The notes: generated by a model from the sequence alone, not told the origin. A DNA stretch of 64,000 bases from an uncultured Oscillospiraceae bacterium (GCA_902465155.1 CABQLY010000011.1:1483-65482); one strand, 5' to 3'. Positions 35,495 through 43,950 are shown, numbered from the stretch's first letter. Made by a program: numbers and translations.

Positions 35495-36691
35495 ATGAAA
35501 ATATTAGTGGTAAACGCCGGCAGCTCTTCGCTAAAATACCAATTAATAGATATGTCGAACGAGGCGGTTTTGTGCAAGGGCAACTGCGAGCGCATTGGCA
35601 CCGACGGCAAGTACACCCACAAGGTACCCGGCCGCGAGCCCGAAAAGCAGGCCTACAGCCTGCCAACCCACAACGAGGCCATTAAGCTGGTGCTAAGCCT
35701 TTTAACCGACCCGCAAAAGGGCGTTATTAAAAGCGTAGAGGTAATTGACGCGGTTGGCCACCGCATTGCGCACGGCGGGGAAAAGTACCGCAGCTCTACG
35801 GTAATTAATAACGAGGTTTTGCAGTATTTAGAGGGCATTGTGCCTATTAACCCGCTGCACGGCCCGCCGGCTATTGCGGGTATTCGCGCCTGCATGGCGC
35901 AAATGCCGGGCAAGCTGCAGGTTGGCGTGTTTGATACCGGGTTTTATGGCGATATTCCCGATTACCGCTACATTTACCCCCTGCCGCTAAAATATTACAC
36001 CGAGCAAAAAATTCGCCGCTACGGCTTTCACGGCACCTCCCACCGCTATGTTACCGCCCGGGCAGCCGAGCTGGTTGGCAAAAATTTAAACAGCCTTAAA
36101 ATGATTACCTGCCATTTAGGCAACGGCTCCTCGGTAACCGCCACGCAGGGCGGCAAGGCCATTGATACCTCCATGGGCTTTACCCCGCAGGAGGGGGTTG
36201 TTATGGGCACCCGCTCCGGCTCTTTTGACCCGACGGTGCTAACCTACATTATGAAGCAGGAGGGACTGACCCCCGACCAGGCCGAGGACCTAATTAATAA
36301 AAAATCGGGCCTCTTGGGGCTTACCGGAATTTCGAACGACGCGTACGATATTCAAAAGGCGGCCGCGGCGGGGAACGAAACGGCCCGCCTGGCCCAAAAA
36401 ATTGTGGCCAACAGCGTTAAAAAGCTTATTGGCTCTTACTTTGCAGAGCTAAACGGGTTAGATGTTTTGGTATTTACGGCCGGAATTGGCGAGTTCGACG
36501 AGGATATTCGCCGCCTAACCTGCAGCGATTTAGAGGCCTTGGGCATTAAAATTAATTTGGAAAAGAACGACCACGCCCCGCGCGGGGAGGAGTTTGAGCT
36601 CACCTCCCCCGGCGCCAAGGTGCGCACCTTTATTATTCCAACCAACGAAGAATTAATGATTGCCCGCGACACGGCCGCGTTGATTAAATAA
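35495..36691 (+). CDS. ackA: Acetate/propionate kinase
   Basis: 398 aa. MKILVVNAGSSSLKYQL...GHRIAHGG...FHGTSHRYV...HLGNGSS...EELMIARDT. Confidence 0.95.
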   Translation: MKILVVNAGSSSLKYQLIDMSNEAVLCKGNCERIGTDGKYTHKVPGREPEKQAYSLPTHNEAIKLVLSLLTDPQKGVIKSVEVIDAVGHRIAHGGEKYRSSTVINNEVLQYLEGIVPINPLHGPPAIAGIRACMAQMPGKLQVGVFDTGFYGDIPDYRYIYPLPLKYYTEQKIRRYGFHGTSHRYVTARAAELVGKNLNSLKMITCHLGNGSSVTATQGGKAIDTSMGFTPQEGVVMGTRSGSFDPTVLTYIMKQEGLTPDQAEDLINKKSGLLGLTGISNDAYDIQKAAAAGNETARLAQKIVANSVKKLIGSYFAELNGLDVLVFTAGIGEFDEDIRRLTCSDLEALGIKINLEKNDHAPRGEEFELTSPGAKVRTFIIPTNEELMIARDTAALIK

Positions 36692-36706
36692 AAGGGGAAG
36701 TTTGTT

Positions 36707-38161
36707 ATGGCAGAACTAAATGCACAGCAAATAGAGCAAATTGTAAAGCAGGTGCTAACCGGGTTAGAAAACGCCGGACAAAGCAAGCCCGCCGCGGCCT
36801 ACAGCAGCACCGCGTACAACGGCCGCCCGTTTATTGGCATTTACAGCGATATGAACGAGACTATTGAAAACGCCAACAACGGCTACAAGGCCGTAAGGGC
36901 AATGTCGGTAGAGCAGCGCGAAAAAATTATTACCGCTATTCGCGAGCTTACCCGCGCCGAGGCCGGCATTTTGGCCGAAATGGGCGTTGCCGAAACCGGC
37001 ATGGGTAAGGTTGAGCACAAGCGCTTAAAGCACCTTTTGGTGGCCGAAAAAACCCCCGGAACCGAGGATATTGTTGCCGAGGCTAAAACCGGCGACCACG
37101 GTCTTACTTTAACCGAATGCGCGCCGTTTGGCGTTGTAGGGGCCATTACCCCCAGCACCAACCCCAGCGAAACGGTTATTTGCAACAGCATTGGCATGGT
37201 GGCGGCCGGCAACGGTGTGGTGTTTAATCCGCACCCCGGCGCTATTTGCACTTCAAACTACGCGGTAGATTTAGTGAACCGCGCCAGCGCCATGGCCGGC
37301 GGCCCTAAGGTGCTGGTAACCTCTATGGATATTCCTACCATGGAATCGGCTAAAATTATGTACGCGCACCCGCTGATTCGCCTGTTGGTTTGCACCGGCG
37401 GCCCGGGCGTTGTGCGTTCGGTGCTTTCCTCCGGCAAAAAGGCCATTGGCGCCGGCGCCGGCAACCCGCCCGTTATTGTAGACGACACAGCCGACATTGT
37501 AAAAGCCGGTAAAGATATTATTGACGGCTGCACCTTTGATAATAACCTGCCCTGCATTGCCGAAAAGGAAGTTTTTGTATTTAACAATGTAAAGCAGCAG
37601 CTTATTGCCGAAATGCTGAAAAACGGCGCAATTATGATCTCGGCTGCCGAGGCCGACGCATTGGCTAAGGTTGTTTTGGTAGAAAAAACCGATAAAAACG
37701 GCAACACCAAAAAGGTGGTAAACCGCAAATGTGTTGGGCGCGACGCCGATGTGCTGCTGGCCATGATCGGCAAGCAGGCCGGAAAGGATATTCGCTGCAT
37801 TATTTGCGAAACCGGGTTTGACCACCCCTTTGTGCAAAACGAGCTGATGATGCCCATTTTGCCGATTGTAGGGGTAAATAACATTGACGAAGCTATTGAC
37901 CTGGCCGTTAAGGCCGAGCATGGCAACCGCCACACCGCGCACATGCACTCTAAAAATATTGATCACCTTTCCCGCTTTGCGCAGGCAATAGAAACCACCA
38001 TTTTTGTTAAAAACGCGCCCTCCTACGCCGGAATCGGCTTTGGCGGCGAGGGGCACACCACCTTTACCATTGCCGGCCCCACCGGCGAGGGCATTACCTC
38101 GGCCCGCAGCTTTACCCGTAAGCGCCGCTGCGTTATGGCCGACCATTTTAGAATTATTTAA
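36707..38161 (+). CDS. pduP: CoA-acylating aldehyde dehydrogenase (PduP/EutE type) with an N-terminal encapsulation peptide
   Basis: 484 aa. N-terminal MAELNAQQIEQIVKQVLTGLENAG plus a linker. Catalytic region ...FDNNLPCIAEKE... Confidence 0.9.
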   Translation: MAELNAQQIEQIVKQVLTGLENAGQSKPAAAYSSTAYNGRPFIGIYSDMNETIENANNGYKAVRAMSVEQREKIITAIRELTRAEAGILAEMGVAETGMGKVEHKRLKHLLVAEKTPGTEDIVAEAKTGDHGLTLTECAPFGVVGAITPSTNPSETVICNSIGMVAAGNGVVFNPHPGAICTSNYAVDLVNRASAMAGGPKVLVTSMDIPTMESAKIMYAHPLIRLLVCTGGPGVVRSVLSSGKKAIGAGAGNPPVIVDDTADIVKAGKDIIDGCTFDNNLPCIAEKEVFVFNNVKQQLIAEMLKNGAIMISAAEADALAKVVLVEKTDKNGNTKKVVNRKCVGRDADVLLAMIGKQAGKDIRCIICETGFDHPFVQNELMMPILPIVGVNNIDEAIDLAVKAEHGNRHTAHMHSKNIDHLSRFAQAIETTIFVKNAPSYAGIGFGGEGHTTFTIAGPTGEGITSARSFTRKRRCVMADHFRII

Positions 38162-38300
38162 ACCGCAGCACAGCAAAAATCAACGCAAAAATAAAGCCAA
38201 AACCGCTAAGGTGGTTGTTTTTGCGCGGCGGTGTTAAAACAACCGGCAATTGGCAAGCCCCTTTGTTTTAACCGCCGGCTAACGGTTTGGAGGAGTACAC

Positions 38301-38939
38301 ATGGAACTAAACGCCGCGGCCATTGCAGCCGCTGTTATGAAAGCCTTGCAGGAGCAAACCGGCGAGGGTACAATTCCGGTTGGTATTTCTAACCGCCACA
38401 TTCACCTAACCCGGCAGGATGTTGAAACGCTGTTTGGCAAGGGCTACAGCCTAACCCCGCTGAAAGACCTTTCGCAGCCCGGGCAGTACGCCTGCAAAGA
38501 GCAGCTTACCATTGTTGGCCCCAGCCTGCGCCCCATTGAAAAGGTGCGGGTTTTAGGCCCGGAGCGCAAAGCCTCGCAGGTTGAAATTTCCCGTACCGAC
38601 GCATACCTTTTAAAGGTAAAGCCCCCGGTGCGCGAAAGCGGCAAAATTGCCGGCTCTGCCCCGATTACCATTATTGGCCCTAAAGGGGTTGTTACGTTAA
38701 GCGAGGGCTGCATTATTGCCAACCGCCACATTCACATGAGCCCCGAGGATGGCGCCCGCTTTGGCGTGAAAGATAACGATTATGTAACCGTAGACGCCTT
38801 TGGCGAACGCCGCACCCGTTTTTTTGATGTACAGGTGCGGGTAGACCCGAATTTTAGGCTGGAAATGCACTTAGATACCGACGACGCCAACGCCGCCGGT
38901 TTAGCAAGCGGCGCAAAGGTTGCCATTGTAAAGGAATAA
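38301..38939 (+). CDS. pduL: Phosphate propanoyl/acetyltransferase PduL with an N-terminal encapsulation peptide
   Basis: 212 aa. N-terminal MELNAAAIAAAVMKALQEQTGEG, then the duplicated PduL motif (GISNRHIHL... and IANRHIHMSPED). Confidence 0.9.
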   Translation: MELNAAAIAAAVMKALQEQTGEGTIPVGISNRHIHLTRQDVETLFGKGYSLTPLKDLSQPGQYACKEQLTIVGPSLRPIEKVRVLGPERKASQVEISRTDAYLLKVKPPVRESGKIAGSAPITIIGPKGVVTLSEGCIIANRHIHMSPEDGARFGVKDNDYVTVDAFGERRTRFFDVQVRVDPNFRLEMHLDTDDANAAGLASGAKVAIVKE

Positions 38940-38942
38940 TTC

Positions 38943-40073
38943 ATGAACAGATTTAAAATTAAAACCGAGGTTCGGTTTAATAAAAACGCGTTAGATACGC
39001 TGCGGGAGTTTAAAAACGCCGCCGTGGTGATTGTAACCGATAAATTTATGGCCTCCTCCGGGTTGCTGCAAAAAATTACCGACCGGCTGGAAAACTGCGC
39101 CATAACGGTTTTTGACGGCATTTTGCCCGACCCCACCACCGAGCTGATTGCCGCCGGGCTAAAGGTTGTTTTAAAAGCGCAGGCGCAAATTGTTATTGCG
39201 CTGGGCGGCGGCTCGGCAATTGACGCGGCAAAGTCTATGGTATTTATGGCCGAGCGCAGCACCGGGCGCGACCTTACCTTAGTGGCCATTCCAACCACCA
39301 GCGGCACCGGCTCCGAGGTTACGCAATTTGCCGTTGTAACCGATGTTGCCGAGAACCGCAAATACCCCTTAGTAGATGAGGGGCTGCTGCCCGACCTTGC
39401 TATTTTAGACCCGGAGCTGGTAGTAACCGCGCCGCCCTCGGTAACGGCCGATACGGGGTTAGATGTTATTACCCACGCGTTTGAGGCGCTGGTTTCGGTA
39501 AACGCCAGCGACGCTACCGACGCTTTGGCCGAAAAGGCCCTGCTGTTGGCGTTTCGTTACCTGCCGTTTGCCTTTAAGCACGGCGATAATATAGAAGCGC
39601 GGGAGAAAATGCACAGCGCCTCCTGCTTAGCGGGCATGGCGTTTAACGACGCCGGATTAGGCTTAAACCACGGCATTGCCCACGCGCTGGGCGCAAAATT
39701 TCACATTCCGCACGGCCGGGCCAATGCTTTGGTGCTGCCGCATGTTATTCGCTACAACGCGCACCTGCGCGCCTGCTTTGGCGACCACCCTACCGAGGCC
39801 GCCCGCCGCTACGCCGATATGGCCCTAAAGCTGGGCTTGCCGCACGATAATGTTCGCATTGCGGTAGAGGCGTTAATAGACGAAATTAAGTTTATGATGC
39901 GCCGCATGGAGCGCCCTGCCACTTTGTGGGACGCCGGCGTTATCCGCAGCGATTTTGAGGCCGCGAAAGAGGATTTAATAAAAGCCGCGCTGAATGACGC
40001 CTGCACGGCCACCAACCCGCGCAAAGCCACACCGGAGGATGTTGCCATGCTGCTGGGCAAAATTACCCCGTAA
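38943..40073 (+). CDS. pduQ: Iron-containing alcohol dehydrogenase (PduQ/EutG/FucO-like); no terminal extension
   Basis: 376 aa. ALGGGSAIDAAK, PTTSGTGSEVT, and His-rich metal site HGIAHALGAKFHIPHGRANA. Confidence 0.85.
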   Translation: MNRFKIKTEVRFNKNALDTLREFKNAAVVIVTDKFMASSGLLQKITDRLENCAITVFDGILPDPTTELIAAGLKVVLKAQAQIVIALGGGSAIDAAKSMVFMAERSTGRDLTLVAIPTTSGTGSEVTQFAVVTDVAENRKYPLVDEGLLPDLAILDPELVVTAPPSVTADTGLDVITHAFEALVSVNASDATDALAEKALLLAFRYLPFAFKHGDNIEAREKMHSASCLAGMAFNDAGLGLNHGIAHALGAKFHIPHGRANALVLPHVIRYNAHLRACFGDHPTEAARRYADMALKLGLPHDNVRIAVEALIDEIKFMMRRMERPATLWDAGVIRSDFEAAKEDLIKAALNDACTATNPRKATPEDVAMLLGKITP

Positions 40074-40096
40074 ATTTTTTTACCGCAAAACCTTTA

Positions 40097-40142
40097 CCGC
40101 CGCCTTGGCCAAAGGGCAACGCCCCTGCCGCGGCGGTTTTTT
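40097..40142 (+). terminator. Intrinsic terminator ending the microcompartment locus
   Basis: CCGCCGC (40097-40103) pairs with GCGGCGG (40130-40136), followed by TTTTTT. Confidence 0.65.
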
Positions 40143-40151
40143 GCGGCTTGG

Positions 40152-40180
40152 TTGACAAATTTTTGCAAAAAGAGTATACT
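40152..40180 (+). promoter_or_regulatory. Sigma-A promoter of the antiporter gene
   Basis: TTGACA (40152-40157), 17-nt spacer containing TTTTTGCAAAAA (40160-40171), TATACT (40175-40180). Confidence 0.6.
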
Positions 40181-40237
40181 AAATAGCGGTTAATTGCAGC
40201 GGCGCCGGGAAGGGCCGTTTAAGGGAAGCGTAAAAGA

Positions 40238-41446
40238 ATGAACTACACACTGTTTTTAGATTTAGCCTTAATTATTTTTGCCGCAAAGCTGTTGGGCGTT
40301 TTGGCCAATAAGGTGCATATTCCCCAAGTTGTTGGGGAAATTATTGCCGGCTTTTTAATTGGCCCGAATTTGCTGGGGCTGGTTGCTAAAAGCGATTTAA
40401 TTACCTATATGTCGGAGCTGGGCGTTATTATGCTTATGTTTATTGCCGGGCTGGAGACCGATTTAAAAGAAATTAAGCGTTCCGGCGCCGTTTCGCTTTT
40501 TGTGGCGGCAATGGGGGTGCTGTTCCCGCTGGTGTTGGGGTTCTTGCTTTACAGCTGCTTTTACGGCTTTTCGCCCATTGGCTCTAAGGGGTTTATTGAA
40601 GGGGTTTTTATTGGCACCATTATTACGGCAACCTCGGTTGGCATTACGGTAGAGGTACTGCGCGAGCTGGGGCGGCTGAAGGGCAAGGTTGGTACCGTTA
40701 TTTTAAGCGCTGCAATTATAGACGATGTAATTGGCATTGTGCTGCTTACCTTTGTTTCCAGCATGAGCGATACCAGCGTAAAGCCCTTAACCGTTTTGTG
40801 GAAAACCGCCTTGTTTTTTATTTTTTGCATTGGGGCGGGCTACTTAATTTACCGCCTGTTCCGTTTTTTAGACGCCAAATATCCGCACCGCCGCCGAGTG
40901 CCAATTTTTAGCTTTGCGTTTTGCCTGTTTTTGGCCTATGTGGCCGAGCATTTTTTTGGCATTGCCGATATTACCGGCGCTTATGTAGCCGGGGTGATTT
41001 TTTGCAATATTAAAGACGCCGATTACATTGCCCGCCGGGTAGATATTAGCTCTTACATGATATTTGGCCCCATTTTTTTTGCCGGTATTGGCATTAAAAT
41101 GTCTTTGCGGGGAATAGATACTTCGGTGTTGCTGTTTTCGGCCTGCTTTGTGCTGGTGGCGCTGCTGGGCAAAATTTTGGGCTGCGGGCTGGCGGCAAGG
41201 CTAAGCGGCTTTAAGGGCAAGGACAGTCTTCGCGTGGGGGTTGGCATGATGGCCCGGGGCGAGGTTGCCCTTATTGTTGCCCAAAAGGGGCTGGCAGCCG
41301 GCGTAATTCCCGAAAAGTTTTTTACCGGGGTTATTTTGCTTATTATTGTTTCGTCGGTTATTACGCCCATTCTTTTGCGCATTTTGTACCGGGGCGAAAA
41401 AACCGAGGAACCCGAAAAACCGGCTCAAGCTGCCACAAAGGCTTAA
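40238..41446 (+). CDS. Cation:proton antiporter (CPA2 / Na+/H+ exchanger family)
   Basis: 402 aa, about 12 TM segments. IPQVVGEIIAGFLIGPNLLG and ELGVIMLMFIAGLETDL are typical of KefB/NapA-like exchangers. Confidence 0.85.
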   Translation: MNYTLFLDLALIIFAAKLLGVLANKVHIPQVVGEIIAGFLIGPNLLGLVAKSDLITYMSELGVIMLMFIAGLETDLKEIKRSGAVSLFVAAMGVLFPLVLGFLLYSCFYGFSPIGSKGFIEGVFIGTIITATSVGITVEVLRELGRLKGKVGTVILSAAIIDDVIGIVLLTFVSSMSDTSVKPLTVLWKTALFFIFCIGAGYLIYRLFRFLDAKYPHRRRVPIFSFAFCLFLAYVAEHFFGIADITGAYVAGVIFCNIKDADYIARRVDISSYMIFGPIFFAGIGIKMSLRGIDTSVLLFSACFVLVALLGKILGCGLAARLSGFKGKDSLRVGVGMMARGEVALIVAQKGLAAGVIPEKFFTGVILLIIVSSVITPILLRILYRGEKTEEPEKPAQAATKA

Positions 41447-41600
41447 GGTTGCCAATTTTAAGGCCATTAAGTTTAAGACTACCAAGAGCCGAAAGCTGTT
41501 AATCCTAAAGCCGACGAATTTAAGGCGGCCAAGCTTAAGGTCGCTAAGCTTAAGGCTGCCAAAAATGTCGCTTAAATTTGCCCCAAAAGGTGTGCTTTTA
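41446..41600. repeat. Degenerate 15-nt-period repeat array built on TTAAGG-N2-4-GCC
   Basis: GCTTAAGGTTGCC / TTTTAAGGCCATT / GTTTAAGACTACC / ... / ATTTAAGGCGGCC / AAGCTTAAGGTCGCT / AAGCTTAAGGCTGCC, then decaying copies. Confidence 0.65.
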
Positions 41601-41676
41601 AAGGGTGTTTAAAGGCAAAATTGGCTTTTAAGCGCTTTTTAGCCGTTTTAATTGGCTAAATTTTTAAAATTTGGCC

Positions 41677-41705
41677 TTGACAAGGGCAGTGCAGTTTGGT
41701 ATAAT
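41677..41705 (+). promoter_or_regulatory. Sigma-A promoter of the infC-rpmI-rplT operon
   Basis: TTGACA (41677-41682), 17-nt spacer, TATAAT (41700-41705). Confidence 0.7.
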
Positions 41706-41711
41706 ACTTTG

Positions 41712-41850
41712 GTAATAAAGCAGAACATCTTTGCCGTTCTCACCCTAGGGCGCAGCCTCACGGGTTAATAGTCCTTAGCCTTTGCAGGGCTAATTGGGTG
41801 TGTTTTCAGCACGGGCGGCAATTGGGCTGTCCGTGCTTTAATTTTATTTT
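41712..41850 (+). promoter_or_regulatory. L20-leader-type attenuator upstream of infC
   Basis: A structured leader of about 140 nt ends in a terminator: AGCACGG (41808-41814) pairs with CCGTGCT (41831-41837), followed by TTTAATTTTATTTTT, directly before the infC SD. Position and architecture match the Firmicute L20 leader; the family was not verified by a covariance model. Confidence 0.55.
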
Positions 41851-41864
41851 TGGAGGTGCTTATC

Positions 41865-42383
41865 ATTAGCATTAAAGAGTTAACCATCAACGAGGCGATC
41901 CGTGAAAAAGAGGTTCGTGTGATTGACACCGACGGCTCTCAGCTTGGCATTTTAAAAATTGCCGACGCGCTGAACGCCGCCTATGCGAAGGATCTGGATC
42001 TGGTTTGTATTTCTCCCAACGCGAAACCGGTTGTTTGCAAAATAATGGATTACGGCAAGTACCGTTTTGAGCAAACCAAGCGCGAAAAAGAGGCTAAGAA
42101 AAACCAACGCATTATTGAGGTTAAAGAGATCCGCCTGGGCCTGAGCATTGATGTACACGACTTTGAAACAAAGGGCCGCCACGCCAAGCGCTTTTTGCAA
42201 GAAGGCAACAAGGTCAAGGTTTCTATCCGCTTTCGCGGGCGGGAGCTGGGCCACCCCGAAATCGGGCTGGAGACCATGAAGCGTTTTGCCGAATTTTGCG
42301 CAGAGTTTTCGGTAATAGAAAAACCGGCGAAGATGGAAGGCCGCAATATGCTAATGTTTTTAGCACCCAAGCCAACGAAGTAA
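41865..42383 (+). CDS. infC: Translation initiation factor IF-3, probable non-AUG (AUU) start
   Basis: The track start, TTG at 41850, lies inside the SD GGAGGTG (41852-41858). ATT at 41865 is 6 nt downstream and gives (M)[23 protein letters not shown]... Exact start uncertain (41862-41871). Confidence 0.85.
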   Translation: MSIKELTINEAIREKEVRVIDTDGSQLGILKIADALNAAYAKDLDLVCISPNAKPVVCKIMDYGKYRFEQTKREKEAKKNQRIIEVKEIRLGLSIDVHDFETKGRHAKRFLQEGNKVKVSIRFRGRELGHPEIGLETMKRFAEFCAEFSVIEKPAKMEGRNMLMFLAPKPTK

Positions 42384-42405
42384 GCATTTAAGGAGGATTT
42401 TTAAA

Positions 42406-42603
42406 ATGCCTAAACTAAAATCAAATTCCGGCGCTAAAAAAAGATTTAAGGTGACCAAAAACGGTAAGATCAAATGCGGTCACGCCTACAAATCTCACAT
42501 CTTAAACAAAAAAACCACCAAGCGTAAAAGAAACCTGCGTAAGGTAGTAGTGGTAGACGCAACCAGCGTTGCAAAGGTTAAAAAAATGATCCCTTACAAA
42601 TAA
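42406..42603 (+). CDS. rpmI: 50S ribosomal protein L35
   Basis: [33 protein letters not shown]..., 65 aa. Confidence 0.95.
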   Translation: MPKLKSNSGAKKRFKVTKNGKIKCGHAYKSHILNKKTTKRKRNLRKVVVVDATSVAKVKKMIPYK

Positions 42604-42658
42604 GGGCTAACCGCAACAAACAAAATTAATTGAAACCGAACAACGGAGGTAACATAAA

Positions 42659-43015
42659 ATGGCACGAGTAAAAGGCGCTATGGCTACGCGCAAAAGAAGA
42701 AAAAAGGTATTAAAGCTTTCCAAGGGTTACTTTGGTGCAAAATCTAAGCTGTTTAAAACCGCAAAAGAAGCAGTTATGAAATCCGGCAACTATGCCTACA
42801 TTGGCCGCCGCTTAAAAAAGCGCGATTTTCGCCGCTTGTGGATTACCCGTATTTCTGCTGCCGCTAAAATGAACGGCATGAATTATTCCACCTTTATGAA
42901 CGGGCTGAAAAAAGCCGGTGTTGAAATGAACCGCAAAATGCTTGCCGAAATTGCCGTTCATGACGCTGCTGCTTTTACCTCTTTAGCCGAAACCGCAAAG
43001 GCTGCCTTAAAATAA
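42659..43015 (+). CDS. rplT: 50S ribosomal protein L20
   Basis: [39 protein letters not shown]..., 118 aa. Confidence 0.95.
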   Translation: MARVKGAMATRKRRKKVLKLSKGYFGAKSKLFKTAKEAVMKSGNYAYIGRRLKKRDFRRLWITRISAAAKMNGMNYSTFMNGLKKAGVEMNRKMLAEIAVHDAAAFTSLAETAKAALK

Positions 43016-43024
43016 TAAAACACT

Positions 43025-43057
43025 GCCCGGGTAACGCTTTGCTCGGGCGTTTTTTTC
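43025..43057 (+). terminator. Intrinsic terminator after rplT
   Basis: GCCCGGG / CTCGGGC stem (one G.U pair) followed by GTTTTTTT. Confidence 0.7.
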
Positions 43058-43179
43058 TGTTTTGGGCAGCGGTTTTGCGGCCTGTTTTAAAGCCTTTGGC
43101 ACGGGTTGTTTTGTAAAAGTCTGCAAAAGCCGGGCCTGCATTTTTAGCCGGTTAAAACAAAATTAAAGGGTGAGGGTTT

Positions 43180-43950
43180 ATGATAACCGCAAAAAACAAC
43201 AGCCGCGTAAAGCAGGTGGCCTTGCTTTGCGCCTCGGCCGCCAAGCGGGCCGAAAGCGGCCTGTTTGTGCTGGAGGGCAGCCGCCTTTGCAGCGAGCTGC
43301 TGCGGGAAAATTTTGCCGTGCAGGAGCTGTACTACACCGCAGCCGCAGCGCAAAAAAACGCCGCGCTTTTGCAAAGGCTTTGCCAAAAGGCGGCGTTTTA
43401 CACCGAGGTTTCGGAGCCGGTTTTTGCCAAAATGGCCGATACCAAAAACCCCCAGGGAATTTTGTGCGTTGTTAAAATACCCGCCCCGGTAAATAAACTG
43501 CCAAGCGGCCGTTACCTTGCCTTTGAGCAGGTTAGCGACCCGGGCAACCTGGGTGCCGCCGCCCGCACGGCCGACGCGCTGGGCTTTGCCGGCTTAATTT
43601 TAACCCAAAACGGGGTAGACCCTTACTCCCCAAAAGCAATGCGGGCCTCTATGGGCGCGTTGCTGCGGCTGCCGCTTTACACGGTGCAAAATTTAAGCGC
43701 TGCGCTGCCGCAATTTAAAAGCCAAGGCTTTGTGGTAAGCGGAACGGTGGTAGAAAAAAACGCCGAGCCTATTACAAAGGTGCAGTTTACGAAAAACGAG
43801 ATTGCCGTAATTGGCAACGAGGCAAACGGAATGACCGAGGCGGCACGGCAATGCTGCGACCGGCTTATTACCATTCCAATGGCGGGCAGGGCAGAATCTT
43901 TAAACGCGGCGGTTGCGGCCGCTATTGTAATGTGGGAGATGTGTAAATGA
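43180..43950 (+). CDS. TrmH/SpoU-family RNA 2'-O-methyltransferase
   Basis: 256 aa. VSDPGNLGAAARTADALGF, IGNEANGMTE, IPMAGRAESLNAAVAAAI (SPOUT motifs). Confidence 0.8.
   Translation: MITAKNNSRVKQVALLCASAAKRAESGLFVLEGSRLCSELLRENFAVQELYYTAAAAQKNAALLQRLCQKAAFYTEVSEPVFAKMADTKNPQGILCVVKIPAPVNKLPSGRYLAFEQVSDPGNLGAAARTADALGFAGLILTQNGVDPYSPKAMRASMGALLRLPLYTVQNLSAALPQFKSQGFVVSGTVVEKNAEPITKVQFTKNEIAVIGNEANGMTEAARQCCDRLITIPMAGRAESLNAAVAAAIVMWEMCK

Noticed and set aside
37271-38176. Long antisense ORFs in the track. Examples: 37271..38176 (301 aa), 37258..37944, 55629..56498 (289 aa), 52747..53463, 54253..54894, 38780..39361, 6072..6623, 11133..11615.
   Set aside because: Each lies fully inside, and opposite to, a gene with unmistakable family motifs (pduP, ftsY, smc, the Fe-ADH, yfhO, mfd). 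Their translations are low-complexity (Ser/Ala/Arg/Cys-rich), lack SD sites and have no recognisable domains. This is the usual open antisense frame of a codon-biased gene.
41346-41612. 88-aa ORF overlapping the antiporter 3' end as a real gene
   Set aside because: It has no SD, overlaps the antiporter by 100 nt, and its sequence simply reflects the TTAAGG repeat array. It is kept only as an alternative-frame remark in the corresponding finding.
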